64,000 nt of DNA, from NCBI RefSeq assembly GCF_009914755.1, contig NC_060940.1. One strand, written 5' to 3'. The notes under the pieces were generated by a model, which was not told where the DNA came from, searched no databases, and was given only the letters and a program-made list of their open reading frames with translations. Below, in pieces: positions 29,301 through 45,118 of the stretch. The DNA comes from the human T2T-CHM13v2.0 reference genome, Homo sapiens. The number at the start of each line of letters is the position of its first letter. The first letter of the stretch is position 1. A program made the translations under genes and the position numbers.

Positions 29301-32249
29301 ATTCGAGTCCATTCAATGGTGATTCCATTCAATTCCATTCGATGATTCCTTTCGATTCCATTCGATGATGATGGCATTCGATTCCTTTCAATCATTCCCT
29401 TTGATTCCATTCAAAGGTGATTTCATTCAAGTCCATTCGATAATTGCATTCGATTCCATTCTATGATGATTCCATTCGAGTCCATTTGATGATTCCATTC
29501 AATTCAAGTCAATGATGATTCCATTCGATTCCATTCGATGATTCCATTGGATTCCATTCGATGATGATTCCATTCAAATCCATTCGATAATTCAATTCAA
29601 GTCCATTCGATGATGATTCCAATCGAATCCATTCAAAGATTCCATTCAGTTCCATTTGATGATTCCCTTAGATTCCATTCGATGATTCAACTTGATTCCA
29701 TTTACGATGATTCCATTCGATTCCATGTGATGATTCCATTCAATTCTATTCAATGATGTTTCCATTTGATTCCATTCGACCATGATTGCCTTTGATTCCA
29801 TTCAATGATTCCATTCGGTTCCGTTTGATGATGATTCCGTTCGATTCCATTTGATGATTCCATTTGATTCCATTGGATGAGTCCATTCGATTACATTCGA
29901 TGATTATTCCATTCGAGTGCATTAGATGATTCCTTTCGAGTCCATTCGATGATTCCATTCGATTCCATTCGATGTTGATTCTGTTCAAATCCATTCGATG
30001 ATTCCACTCGATTCCATTCGATGACTCCATTTGATCCCATTCGATGATTTCCTTTGATTCCCTTTGATGATCATTCCATTTGATTCAATTCGGTGATTTC
30101 ATTTGATTCCATTCAGTGATGTTTCCATTCGACTCCATTCGATGATGATTCCATTCGACTCCATTCGATTATGATTTCATTCAATTCCATTCGATAATGA
30201 TTCCCTTCGTGTCCATTCGATGATTCCATTCGATTCCATTCAACGATGATTTGATTCGTGTCCATTCGATGATTCCATTTGATTCCACTTGATGATGATT
30301 CCATTCGAGTCCATTTGATGATTCCATTCAATTCCATACTCCGATGATTTCTTTTGAGCCCACTCAATGCTTCCACTCGATTCCATATGATGATGACTCC
30401 ATTCGATGAAATTCGATGATGATTCCATTCGCTTGCTTTCGATGATGATTCCACTTGAGTCCGTTAGAAGATTCTATTCAATTACATTCCATGACGATTC
30501 CGTTCGAGTCCATTTGATGATTCCATTAGACTCCATTCGACGATGATTCCATTCGATGTTATTCGATGATTCCATTCGATCTCATTCGATGATGATTCCA
30601 TTCAACTCCATTCGATGTTTCCATTCGAGTTCATTCTATTATTCCATTAGATTCCATTCGATGATGATTCCATTCGATTCCATTTGATGATTGCATTCTA
30701 TTTCATTTGATGATGATTCCATTCGAGTCCACTCGATGATTCCATTCGAGTCCATTTAATGAATCCATTGGTTTCAATTCTATGATGATTACATTGGATT
30801 CCATTCGTTGATGATTTCATTCGGTTCCATTCAATGATGATTCCATTCAATTCCTTTCAATGTTTCCATTCAATTCCATACGATGATGATTCCATTTGAT
30901 TTGATTCGACAGTGAGCCATTCGATTCAATTCCATGATGATTCTATTTGATTCAATTGGTTGACATTTCCATTCGATTCCATTCGATGATGATTCCATTT
31001 GATTCCATTCAAAGATGATTCCATTCTAGCCCATTCAATCATTCCATTCGATTCTATTAAATGATGATTCCATTCATGTCGATTTGGTGATTCCATTTGA
31101 CTTCATTTGATGATGATTCCTTTCAAGTTCATTAGATGATTCCATTCGATTCCATTGGATGATGATCCCATTCGAGTCCATTCAGTGATTCCATTCGTTT
31201 CCATTCCATGATGATTCCATTCCTTTCCATTCAATGATTCCATTCGATTCCGTTTGATGATGATTTCATTCGAGTCCATTTGATGATTCCATTTGATTCC
31301 ATTCGATGATGACTCCATTCGAGTCCATTCGATGATTCTATTCAAATCCATTTGATGATTTCTTTTGATTATATTTGGTGATGATTCCATTGGAGTCCAT
31401 TCAATGATTCCATTCGATTCCAATCGATGATGATTCCATTAGAGTCCATTTAATGATTCCATTTGATTCCAGTCTCTGATGATTACATTCGAGTCCATAC
31501 GATGATTCCACTCAATTCCATATGATGATGATTCCATTTGATTCCATTCGGTGATTCCATTCTATTCCATTCAATGGTGATTCCATTCGAGTACATTAGA
31601 TGATTCCATTCGATTCCATTCAATGATGATTCTATTTGTGTCCCTTACATGATTCCACATGATTCCATTAGATGATGATACTATTTGAGCCCATCCAATG
31701 ATTCCCTTCGATTCCATTCGATGAGGATTCCATTCGATTCAATTCATTGGTGATTCTATTCAATTCAATTCTTTGATTCCATTCCATTCCACTCGACAAT
31801 GATTCCATTCGATTTCTTTCGATGATTCCACTCGATTCCACTTGACATTGATTCCATTCGATTCCATTCAATGATTCCATTTGATTCCAGTGGATGATGA
31901 TTGCCATCGATTCCATTCGATCACTCCATTCTATTCCATTTGATGATGATTACATTCGATTCCATTTGAAAATGATTCTACTAGAGTCCATTCAATGACT
32001 CCATTCGAGTCCATTCAACAATTCCATTCGACTCCATTCGATGATTCCATTCGATTCCATTTGATGGTTCCATTCGAGTCCATTTAATCATTACAGTCGA
32101 GTCCATTTGGTGATTCCACTGGATTTCTTTTGACAATGATACCATTCAATTACATTTGATGATGATCCCATTCAATTTCCTTTGATGATGATTCCCTTAG
32201 AGTCCATTCGATGATTTCATTCGAGTCCCTTCATTGATTCCATCCGATT
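26328..32249 (+). repeat. Higher-order unit 5 (5922 bp) with a 141-bp deletion near 31960
   Basis: Constant 6053 offset to unit 4 ORFs until ~31916. The GAGGATTCC...GAGTACATCCAATG block is absent. Confidence 0.9.
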
Positions 32250-35200
32250 TCATTGGATGATGACTCCATTCGAGTCCATTCGATGATTCCACTCGATTCC
32301 ATTAGATGATTCCATTGGAGTCCATTTGATTGTTCCATTCGATTCCATTCGATTCCTTTCGAAGATTATTCCATTTGAGTCCATTCGATGATGATTCCAT
32401 TCCATTCCATTCGATGATTCCGTTTGATTCCATTCGATGATTCCCTTCGATTCCTTTCTTTGATGATTCCATTCCATTCCATTCAATGATTCCATTCGAA
32501 TCTATTCCATGATGATTCCTTGCGATTCCATTCGCTGATGTTTCCGTTCAATTCCATTCGATGATGATTCCATTCGATTCCATTCATTGAGGATTCCATT
32601 TGATTCCATTCAATGATGATTCCGTTCTATTCCATTCAATGATTGCATTCAATTCCATTCAATGATTATCCCATTAGAGTAAACTCAACGATTCCATTCA
32701 ATACCATTCGATGATGATTCCTTTTGAGTCCATTCAATGATTTCATTCAAGTCCATTTGATGATTCCTTTCAATTCCATTCTATGATGATTCCATTCGAG
32801 TCCATTCGATGATTCCATTCGATTGCATTCGATGATTCCATTATATTCCATTCAACGATGATTCCATTCGAGTCCATTCGATGATTCCATTAGAGTACAT
32901 TTAATGATTGCATTGTTTTCAATTCGAAGATGATTACATTCGATTCCATTCTATGATACAATTCGATTCCATTAAATGATGATTCCACTCAAATCCATTG
33001 GATGATTCCATTCGTGTCCATTCGGTGATTTCATTAGATTCCATTCGAGGATGATTCCATTCGATTCCATTCGATGATTCCATTCAATTCCATTCGATGA
33101 TGATTCCATTCCAGTCCATATGATCATTCCATTTGATTTCATTCGATGATGATTCCATTCGATTCCATTCGATGATTCCATTCTATTCCATTCGATGATG
33201 ATTCCATTCGAGTCCATTCGATGATTCCATTCGAGTCCATTTAATGATTCCATTGGGTTCAATTCAATGATGATTACATTGGATTCCTTTCTATGATTCC
33301 ATTCAATTCCGTTCATTGACAATTTGATTCCATTCGATGATGATTCCATTTGAGTTCATTCGATGATTCTATTCGATTCTCTTCGATGGTGATTCAATTC
33401 TATTATATTGGATGATTCCATTTGATTCCATTTGATGTTGATTCAATTCGATTCTATTCGATGATGATTCCATTGGATTTCACTTGATGATTCTATTCGA
33501 TTCCATTCAATGATGATTCACTTCTCGTCCATTGGATGATTCCATTTCATTCCATTCGATGATGATTCCATTCGATTCCATTCGATGATTCCATTCGATT
33601 CCATGCGACGGTGAGCAATTCGATTCAATTCCATGATGATTCTATTTGATTCAATTAGATGATGTTTCCATTCGAATCCATTCCATGATTATTCCATTGG
33701 AATCCATTCGGCGATGATTCCATATGAGTCAATTCAATGATGATTCCATATGGGTCCGTTCGATGATAATTCCATTTGATTTCATTCGATGCTTCTATTC
33801 AATTCCAGTCGATGATGATTCCGTTGGAGTCCATACGATGATTCCATTTGATTTCATTTGATGATGATTCCATTCGATGATGATTACATTGCATTCCATT
33901 CTATGATTCCATTCAATTCCATTCGTTGATGATTCGATTCCATTCAATGATGATTCCATTTGAGTTCATTCGATGATTCTATTCGATTCCGTTCGATGGT
34001 GATTCAATTCTATTATATTGGATGATTCCACTCGATTCCATTTGATGATTATTCCATTGGAGTCCACTTAGTGAATCCTTTAGATTCTACTCGAAGATGA
34101 TTCCATTCGAGTCCATTCGATGATACCATTCAATTACATTCGTTGATGCTTCCATTCAAGTGCATTCGGTGATATCATTCGATTCCATTTGATGATAATT
34201 CCATTTGATTCCATGCGATGATTCTATTCGATTCCATTCAATGATAATTCCATTCAATTCAGTGATTCCTCTGGACTCCATTTGATGATGATTCCATTCA
34301 ATGATTCCGTTCGATTCTATTCCAAAATGATCCCATTTGAATCCATTTGATGATGATTCCATTAGATTCCATTTGATGATTCCATTCGATTCCATTTGAC
34401 GATGATTCCATTCGATTCCATTTGATGATTCCATTCTATTCTATTCGATGATGATTCCATTCGATTCCATTCGATGATGATTGGATTCGATTCCATTTGA
34501 TGATTTCATTTGATTCCATTCGTTAATGATTTCGATCAACTCCATTCGATGATTCCATTTAATTCCATTCGATAATGATTACATCCGAGTCCATTCGATG
34601 ATTCCATTTGAGCCCGTTCGATAATTCCATTTGAGTCCAATCAATGATTCCATTCATTTCCATTCAATGATTCCATTCGAGTCCATTTGATCATTCTGGT
34701 AGGGTCCGTTCGATGTTGATTCCATTGGAGTGCATTCGATGATTCCATTCGAGTCCATTTTATGATTTGATTCGAGTCCTTTCGATGATTCCATTCGATT
34801 CCACTCGATGATGATTTCATTCGAGTCCATTCGACACTTCCAATCGATTCCATTTGATGTTTCCATTCGAGTCCAATTGATGATTCCATTCAATTCCATT
34901 CGATGATGATTCCGTACGATTCCATTCTGTGATGATTCCATGTGATTGCATTCAATGATGATTCCTTTTGATTGCATTCGATTATGATTCATTTCGTGTT
35001 CATTCTATGGTTCCACAGGTTTCCATTCGATGACGTTTCCGTTCGTGTCCATTCCATTATTCCATTCTATTTCATTTGATGATGATTTCATTCGATTCCA
35101 TTCATTGGTGATTCCACTCAATTCCATTCAATGATTCCATTCCATTTCTTTCAACAATGATTCCATTAGTTTCTAATCGATGATCCACTTGATTCCATTT

Positions 35201-38200
35201 GGCGATGATTCCATTCTTGTCCATTCGATGATTCCATTTGATTCCATATGATGATGATTCCATTCGATTCCATACGATGATGATTCCATTCGAGTCCATT
35301 CAATGGTGATTCCATTCAATTCCATTCGATGATTCCTTTTGATTCCATTCGATGATGATAGCATTCGATTCCTCTCAATCATTCCCTTTGATTCCATTCA
35401 AAGGTGATTTCATTCAAGTCCATTCGATAATTGCATTCGATTCCATTCTATGATGATTCCATTCGAGTCCATTTGATGATTCCATTCAATTGAAGTCAAT
35501 GATGATTCCATTCGATTCCATTCGATGATTCCATTGGATTCCATTCGATGATGATTCCATTCAAATCCATTCGATAATTCAATTCAAGTCCATTCGATGA
35601 TGATTCCAATCGAATCCATTCAAAGATTCCATTCAGTTCCATTCGATGATAACCTTAGATTCCATTCGATGATTCCACTTGTTTCCATTTACGATGATTC
35701 CATTCGATTCCATGTGATGATTCCATTCAATTCTATTCAATGATGTCTCCATTTGATTCCATTCGACCATGATTGCCTTTGCTTCCATTCAATGTTTCCA
35801 TTCGGTTCCTTTTGATGATAATTCCGTTTGATTCCATTTGATGATTTCATTTGATTCCATTGGATGAGTCCATTCGATTACATTCGATGATTATTCCATT
35901 TGAGTGCATTAGATGATTCCATTCGAGTCCATTCGATGATTCCATTCGATTCCATTCGATGTTGATTCTGTTCAAGTCCATTCGATGATTCCACTGGATT
36001 CCATTCAAGGACTCCAGTTGATCCCATTCGATGATTTCCTTTGATTCCCTTTGATGATCATTCCTTTTGATACAATTCGGTGATTTCATTTGATTCCATT
36101 CAGTGATGTTTCCATTCGACTCCATTCGATGATGATTCCATTCGACTCCATTCGATTATGATTTCATTCAATTCCATTCGATAATGATTCCCTTCGAGTC
36201 CATTCGATGATTCCATTCGATTCCATTCAACGATGATTTGATTCGTGTCCGTTCGATGATTCCATTTGATTCCACTTGATGATGATTCCATTCGATTCCA
36301 TTTGATGATTCCATTCAATACCATTCTCCGATGATTTCTTTTGAGCCCACTCAATGCTTCCACTCGATTCCATATGATGATGACTCCATTCGATGAAATT
36401 CGATGATGATTCCATTCGCTTGCTTTCGATGATGATTCCACTTGAGTCCGTTAGAAGATTCTATTCAATTACATTCCATGATGATTCCGTTCGAGTCCAT
36501 TTGATGATTCCATTAGACTCCATTCGACGATGATTCCATTCGATGTTATTCGATGATTCCATTGGATCTCATTCGATGATGATTCCATTCAACTCCATTC
36601 GATGTTTCCATTCGAGTTCATTCTATTATTCCATTAGATTCCATTCGATGATGATTCCATTCGATTCCGTTTGATGATTGCATTCTATTTCATTTGATGA
36701 TGATTCCATTCGAGTCCACTCAATGATTCCATTCGAGTCCATTTAATGAATCCATTGGTTTCAATTCTATGATGATTACATTGGATTCCATTCGTTGATG
36801 ATTTCATTCGGTTCCATTCAATGATGATTCCATTCAATTCCTTTCAATGTTTCCATTCAATTCCATACGATGATGATTCCATTTGATTTGATTCGACAGT
36901 GAGCCATTCGATTCAATTCCATGATGATTCTATTTGATTCAATTGGTTGACATTTCCATTCGATTCCATTCGATGATGATTCCCTTTGATTCCATTCAAA
37001 GATGATTCCATTCTAGCCCATTCAATCATTCCATTCGATTCTATTTAATGATGATTCCATTCATGTCGATTTGGTGATTCCATTTGACTTCATTTGATGA
37101 TGATTCCTTTCGAGTTCATTAGATGATTCCATTCGATTCCATTTGATGATGATTCCATTCCATTCCATTCAATGATTCCATTCGATTCCGTTTGATGATG
37201 ATTTCATTCGAGTCCATTTGATGATTCCATTTGATTCCATTCGATGATGATTCCATTCGAGTCCATTGAATGATTCTATTCGAATCCATTTGATGATTAC
37301 TTTTGATTATATTTGGTGATGATTCCATTGGAGTCCATTCAATGATTCCATTTGATTCCAATCGATGATGATTCCATTAGAGTCCATTTAATGATTCCAT
37401 TTGATTCCAGTCTCTGATGATTACATTCGAGTCCATACGATGATTCCACTCAATTCCATATGATGATGATTCCATTCGATTCCATTCGATGATTCCATTC
37501 TATTCTTTTCAATGGTGATTCCATTCGAGTACATTAGATGATTCCATTCGATTCCATTCAATGATGATTCTATTTGTGTCCCTTAGATGGTTCCACATGA
37601 TTCCATTACATGATGATACTATTTGAGCCCATCCAATGATTCCCTTCGATTCCATTCGATGAGGATTCCATTCGATTCAATTCATTGGTGATTCTATTCA
37701 GTTCAATTCTTTGATTCCATTCCATTCCATTCGACAATGATTCCATTCGATTTCTTTCGATGATTCCACTCGATTCCACTTGACATTGATTCCATTCGAT
37801 TCCATTCAATGATTCCGTTTGATTCCAGTGGATGATGATTGCCATCGATTCCATTCGATCACTCCATTCTATTCCATTTGATGATGATTACATTCGATTC
37901 CATTTGATGATTCCATCTGATTCTATTCGAGGATTCCATTTGATTCCATTCGATGATGATTCCATTCGAGTGCATTCGATGATTTCATTCGAGTACATCC
38001 AATGATTCCATTCGAGTCCATTTGATGATTCCATTTGATTCCATTTGATTATGATTCTACTAGAGTCCATTCAATGACTCCATTCGAATCCATTCAACAA
38101 TTCCATTCGAGTCCATTCGATGATTCCATTTCATGATTCCATTCGAGTCCATTTAATCATTACAGTCAAGTCCGTTTGGTGATTCCCTGGATTTCTTTTG

Positions 38201-38317
38201 ATAATGATACCATTCAATTACATTTGATGATGATCCCATTCAATTTCATTTGATGGTGATTCCATTAGAGTCCATTCGATGATTTCATTCGAGTCCCTTC
38301 ATTGATTCCATCCGATT
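32250..38317 (+). repeat. Higher-order unit 6 (6068 bp)
   Basis: Anchors at 32250 and 38318. Carries the 16-bp GATGACGTTTCCGTTC allele (~35029) and a 49-bp deletion (~37150). Confidence 0.9.
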
Positions 38318-41300
38318 TCATTTGATGATGACTCCATTCGAGTTCATTCGATGATTCCACTCGATTCCATTTGATGATTCCATTGGAGTCCATTTCATTG
38401 TTCCATTCGATTCCATTCGATTCCTTTCGAAGATTATTCCATTTGAGTCCATTCGATGATGATTCCATTCCATTCCATTCGATGATTCCGTTTGATTCCA
38501 TTTGATGATTCCCTTCGATTCCTTTCTTTGATGATTCCATTCCATTCCATTCAATGATTCCATTCGAATCTATTCCATGATGATTCCTTGCGATTCCATT
38601 CGCTGATGTTTCCGTTCAATTCCATTCGATGATGATTCCATTCGATTCCATTCATTGAGGATTCCATTTGATTCCATTCAATGATGATTCCGTTCTATTC
38701 CATTCAATGATTGCATTCAATTCCATTCAATGATTATCCCCTTAGAGTAAACTCAACGATTCCATTCAATACCATTCGATGATGATTCCTTTTGAGTCCA
38801 TTCAATGATTTCATTCAAGTCCATTTGATGATTCCTTTCAATTCCATTCTATGATGATTCCATTCGAGTCCATTCGATGATTCCATTCAATTGCATTCGA
38901 TGATTCCATTATATTCCAGTCAACGATGATTCCATTCGAGTCCATTCGATGATTCCATTAGAGTACATTTAATGATTGCTTTGTTTTCAATTCGAAGATG
39001 ATTACATTGGATTCCATTCTATGATACCATTCGATTCCATTCAATGATGATTCCACTCAAATCCATTGGATGATCCATTCGTGTCCGTTCGGTGATTTCA
39101 TTAGATTCCATTCGAGGATGATTCCATTCGATTCCATTCGATGATTCCATTCAATTCCATTCGATGATGATTCCATTCCAGTCCATATGATCATTCCATT
39201 TGATTTCATTCGATGATGATTCCATTCGATTCCATTCGATGATTCCATTCTATTCCATTCGATGATGATTCCATTCGAGTCCATTCGATGATTCCATTCG
39301 AGTCCATTTAATGATTCCATTGGGTTCCATTCAATGATGATTACATTGGATTCCGTTCTATGATTCCATTCAATTCCGTTCATTGACAATTTGATTCCAT
39401 TCGATGATGATTCCATTTGAGTTCATTCGATGATTCTATTCGATTCTCTTCGATGGTGATTCAATTCTATTATATTGGATGATTCCATTCGATTCCATTT
39501 GATGTTGATTCAATTCGATTCTATTCGATGATGATTCCATTGGATTTAACTTGATGATTCTATTCGATTACATTCAATGATGATTCACTTCTCGTCCATT
39601 GGATGATTCCATTTCATTCCTTTCGATGATGATTCCATTCGATTCCTTTCGATGATTCCATTGGATTCCATGCGACGGTGAGCAATTCGATTCAATTCCA
39701 TGATGATTCTATTTGATTCAATTAGATGATGTTTCCATTCGAATCCATTCCATGATTATTCCATTGGAATCCATTTGGCGATGATTCCATATGAGTCAAT
39801 TCAATGATGATTCCATATGGGTCCGTTCGATGATAATTCCATTTGATTTCATTCGATGCTTCTATTCAATTCCAGTCGATGATGATTCCGTTGGAGTCCA
39901 TACGATGATTCCATTTGATTTCATTTGATGATGATTCCATTCGATGATGATTACATTGGATTCCATTCTATGATTCCATTCAATTCCATTCGTTGATGAT
40001 TCGATTCCATTCAATGATGATTCCATTTGAGTTCATTCGATGATTCTATTCGATTCCGTTCGATGGTGATTCAATTCTATTATATTGGATGATTCCACTC
40101 GATTCCATTTGATGATTATTCCATTGGAGTCCACTTAGTGAATCCTTTAGATTCTACTCGAAGATGATTCCATTCGAGTCCATTCGATGATACCATTCAA
40201 TTCCATTCGTTGATGCTTCCATTCAAGTGCATTCGATGATATCATTCGATTCCATTTGATGATAATTCCATTTGATTCCATGCGATGATTCTATTCGATT
40301 CCATTCAATGATAATTCCATTCAATTCAGTGATTCCTCTGGACTCCATTTGATGATGATTCCATTCAATGATTCCATTCGATTCTATTCCAAAATGATTC
40401 CATTTGAATCCATTTGATGAAGATTCCATTAGATTCCATTTGATGATTCCATTCGATTCCATTTGACGATGATTCCATTCGATTCCATTTGATGATTCCA
40501 TTCTATTCTATTCGATGATGATTCCATTCGATTCCATTCGATGATGATTGGATTCGATTCCATTTGATGATTTCATTTGATTCCATTCGTTAATGATTTC
40601 GATCAACTCCATTCGATGATTCCATTTAATTCCATTCGATAATGATTACATCAGAGTCCATTCAATGATTCCATTTGAGCCCGTTCGATAATTCCATTTG
40701 AGTCCAATCAATGATTCCATTCATTTCCATTCAATGATTCCATTCGAGTCCATTTGATCATTCTGGTAGGGTCCGTTCGATGTTGATTCCATTGGAGTGC
40801 ATTCGATGATTCCATTCGAGTCCATTTTAGGATTTGATTCGAGTCCTTTCGATGATTCCATTCGATTCCACTCGATGATGATTTCATTCGAGTCCATTCG
40901 ACACTTCCAATCGATTCCATTTGATGTTTCCATTCGAGTCCAATTGATGATTCCATTCAATTCCATTCGATGATGATTCCGTACGATTCCATTCTGTGAT
41001 GATTCCATGTGATTGCATTCAATGATGATTCCTTTCGATTGCATTCGATTATGATTCATTTCGTGTTCATTCTATGGTTCCACAGGTTTCCATTCGATGA
41101 CGTTTCCGTTCGTGTCCATTCCATTATTCCATTCTATTTCATTTGATGATGATTCCATTCGATTCCATTCATTGGTGATTCCACTCAATTCCATTCAATG
41201 ATTCCATTCCATTTCTTTCAACAATGATTCCATTAGTTTCTATTCGATGATCCACTTGATTCCATTTGGCGATGATTCCATTCGTGTCCATTCGATGATT

Positions 41301-44300
41301 CCATTTGATTCCATATGATGATGATTCCATTCGATTCCATACCATGATGATTCCATTCGAGTCCATTCAATGGTGATTCCATTCAATTCCATTCGATGAT
41401 TCCTTCCGATTCCATTCGATGATGATGGCATTCGATTCCTTTCAATCATTCCCTTTGATTCCATTCAAAGGTGATTTCATTCAAGTCCATTCGATAATTG
41501 CATTCGATTCCATTCTATGATGATTCCATTCGAGTCCATTTGATGATTCCATTCAATTCAAGTCAATGATGATTCCATTCGATTCCACTCGATGATTCCA
41601 TTGGATTCCATTCGATGATGATTCCATTCAAATCCATTCGATAATTCAATTCAAGTCCATTCGATGATGATTCCAATCGAATCCATTCAAAGATTCCATT
41701 CAATTCCATTCGATGATGATTTCCTTAGATTCCATTCGATGATTCCACTTGATTCCATTTACGATGATTCCATTTGATTCCATGTCATGAAACCATTCAA
41801 TTCTATTCAATGATGTTTCCATTTGATTCCATTGGACCATGATTGCCTTTGATTCCATTCAATGATTCCATTCGGTTCCATTTGATGATGATTCCGTTCG
41901 ATTCCATTTCATTATTCCATTTGATTCCATTGGATGAGTCCATTCGATTACATTCGATGATTATTCCATTCGAGTGCATTAGATGATTGCATTCGAGTCC
42001 ATTCGATGATTCCATTCGATTCCATTCGATATTGATTCTGCTCAAATCCATTCGATGATTCCACTCGATTCCATTCGATGACTCCATTTGATCCCATTCG
42101 ATGATTTCCTGTGATTCCCTTTGATGATCATTCTATTTGATTCAATTCGGTGATTTCATTTCATTCCAATCAGTGATGTTTCCATTCGACTGTATTCCAT
42201 GATGATTCCATTCGACTCCATTCGATTATGATTTCATTCAATTCCATTCAATAATGATTCCCTTCGAGTCCATTCGATGACTCCATTCGATTCCATTCAA
42301 CGATGATTTGATTCGTTTCCATTCGATGATTCCATTGGATTCCATTCGATGATGATTCCATTCAAATCCATTCGATAATTCAATTCAAGTCCATTCGATG
42401 ATGATTCCAATCGAATCCATTCAAAGATTCCATTCAGTTCCATTCGATGGTTCCCTTAGATTCCATTCGATGATTCCACTTGATTCCATTTACGATGATT
42501 CCATTCGATTCCATGTGATGATTCCATTCAATTCTATTCAATGATGTTGCCATTTGATTCCATTCGACCATGATTGCCTTTGATTCCATTCAATGATTCC
42601 ATTCGGTTCCTTTTGATGATGATTCCGTTCGATTCCATTTGATGATTCCATTTGATTCCATTGGATGAGTCCATTCGATTACATTCGATGATTATTCCAT
42701 TTGAGTGCATTAGATGATTCCATTCGAGTCCATTCGATGATTCCATTCGATTCCATTCGATGTTGATTCTGTTCAAGTCCATTCGATGATTCCACTGGAT
42801 TCCATTCAAGGACTCCAGTTGATCCCATTCGATGATTTCCTTTGATTCCCTTTGATGATCATTCCTTTTGATACAATTCGGTGATTTCATTTGATTCCAT
42901 TCAGTGATGTTTCCATTCGACTCCATTCGATGATGATTCCATTCGACTCCATTCGATTATGATTTCATTCAATTCCATTCGATAATGATTCCCTTCGAGT
43001 CCATTCGATGATTCCATTCGATTCCATTCAACGATGATTTGATTCGTGTCCGTTCGATGATTCCATTTGATTCCACTTGATGATGATTCCATTCGATTCC
43101 ATTTGATGATTCCATTCAATACCATTCTCCGATGATTTCTTTTGAGCCCACTCAATGCTTCCACTCGATTCCATATGATGATGACTCCATTCGATGAAAT
43201 TCGATGATGATTCCATTCGCTTGCTTTCGATGATGATTCCACTTGAGTCCGTTAGAAGATTCTATTCAATTACATTCCATGATGATTCCGTTCGAGTCCA
43301 TTTGATGATTCCATTAGACTCCATTCGACGATGATTCCATTCGATGTTATTCGATGATTCCATTGGATCTCATTCGATGATGATTCCATTCAACTCCATT
43401 CGATGTTTCCATTCGAGTTCATTCTATTATTCCATTAGATTCCATTCGATGATGATTCCATTCGATTCCGTTTGATGATTGCATTCTATTTCATTTGATG
43501 ATGATTCCATTCGAGTCCACTCAATGATTCCATTCGAGTCCATTTAATGAATCCATTGGTTTCAATTCTATGATGATTACATTGGATTCCATTCGTTGAT
43601 GATTTCATTCGGTTCCATTCAATGATGATTCCATTCAATTCCTTTCAATGTTTCCATTCAATTCCATACGATGATGATTCCATTTGATTTGATTCGACAG
43701 TGAGCCATTCGATTCAATTCCATGATGATTCTATTTGATTCAATTGGTTGACATTTCCATTCGATTCCATTCGATGATGATTCCCTTTGATTCCATTCAA
43801 AGATGATTCCATTCTAGCCCATTCAATCATTCCATTCGATTCTATTTAATGATGATTCCATTCATGTCGATTTGATGATTCCATTTGACTTCATTTGATG
43901 ATGATTCCTTTCGAGTTCATTAGATGATTCCATTCGATTCCATTTGATGATGATTCCATTCCATTCCATTCAATGATTCCATTCGATTCCGTTTGATGAT
44001 GATTTCATTCGAGTCCATTTGATGATTCCATTTGATTCCATTCGATGATGATTCCATTCGAGTCCATTGAATGATTCTATTCGAATCCATTTGATGATTA
44101 CTTTTGATTATATTTGGTGATGATTCCATTGGAGTCCATTCAATGATTCCATTCGATTCCAATCGATGATGATTCCATTAGAGTCCATTTAATGATTCCA
44201 TTTGATTCCAGTCTCTGATGATTACATTCGAGTCCATACGATGATTCCACTCAATTCCATATGATGATGATTCCATTCGATTCCATTCGATGATTCCATT

Positions 44301-45118
44301 CTATTCTATTCAATGGTGATTCCATTCGAGTACATTAGATGATTCCATTCGATTCCATTCAATGATGATTCTATTTGTGTCCCTTAGATGGTTCCACATG
44401 ATTCCATTACATGATGATACTATTTGAGCCCATCCAATGATTCCCTTCGATTCCATTCGATGAGGATTCCATTCGATTCAATTCATTGGTGATTCTATTC
44501 AGTTCAATTCTTTGATTCCATTCCATTCCATTCGACAATGATTCCATTCGATTTCTTTCGATGATTCCACTCGATTCCACTTGACATTGATTCCATTCGA
44601 TTCCATTCAATGATTCCGTTTGATTCCAGTGGATGATGATTGCCATCGATTCCATTCGATCACTCCATTCTATTCCATTTGATGATGATTACATTCGATT
44701 CCATTTGATGATTCCATCTGATTCTATTCGAGGATTCCATTTGATTCCATTCGATGATGATTCCATTCGAGTGCATTCGATGATTTCATTCGAGTACATC
44801 CAATGATTCCATTCGAGTCCATTTGATGATTCCATTTGATTCCCTTTGATTATGATTCTACTAGAGTCCATTCAATGACTCCATTCGAATCCATTCAACA
44901 ATTCCATTCGAGTCCATTCGATGATTCCATTTCATGATTCCATTCGAGTCCATTTAATCATTACAGTCAAGTCCGTTTGGTGATTCCCTGGATTTCTTTT
45001 GATAATGATACCATTCAATTACATTTGATGATGATCCCATTCAATTTCATTTGATGGTGATTCCATTAGAGTCCATTCGATGATTTCATTCGAGTCCCTT
45101 CATTGATTCCATCCGATT
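38318..45118 (+). repeat. Higher-order unit 7 (6801 bp) with an internal 734-bp tandem duplication
   Basis: CAAATCCATTCGATAATTCAATTCAAG occurs at ~41629 and again at ~42363. The junction is at ~42317-42336. Confidence 0.9.
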
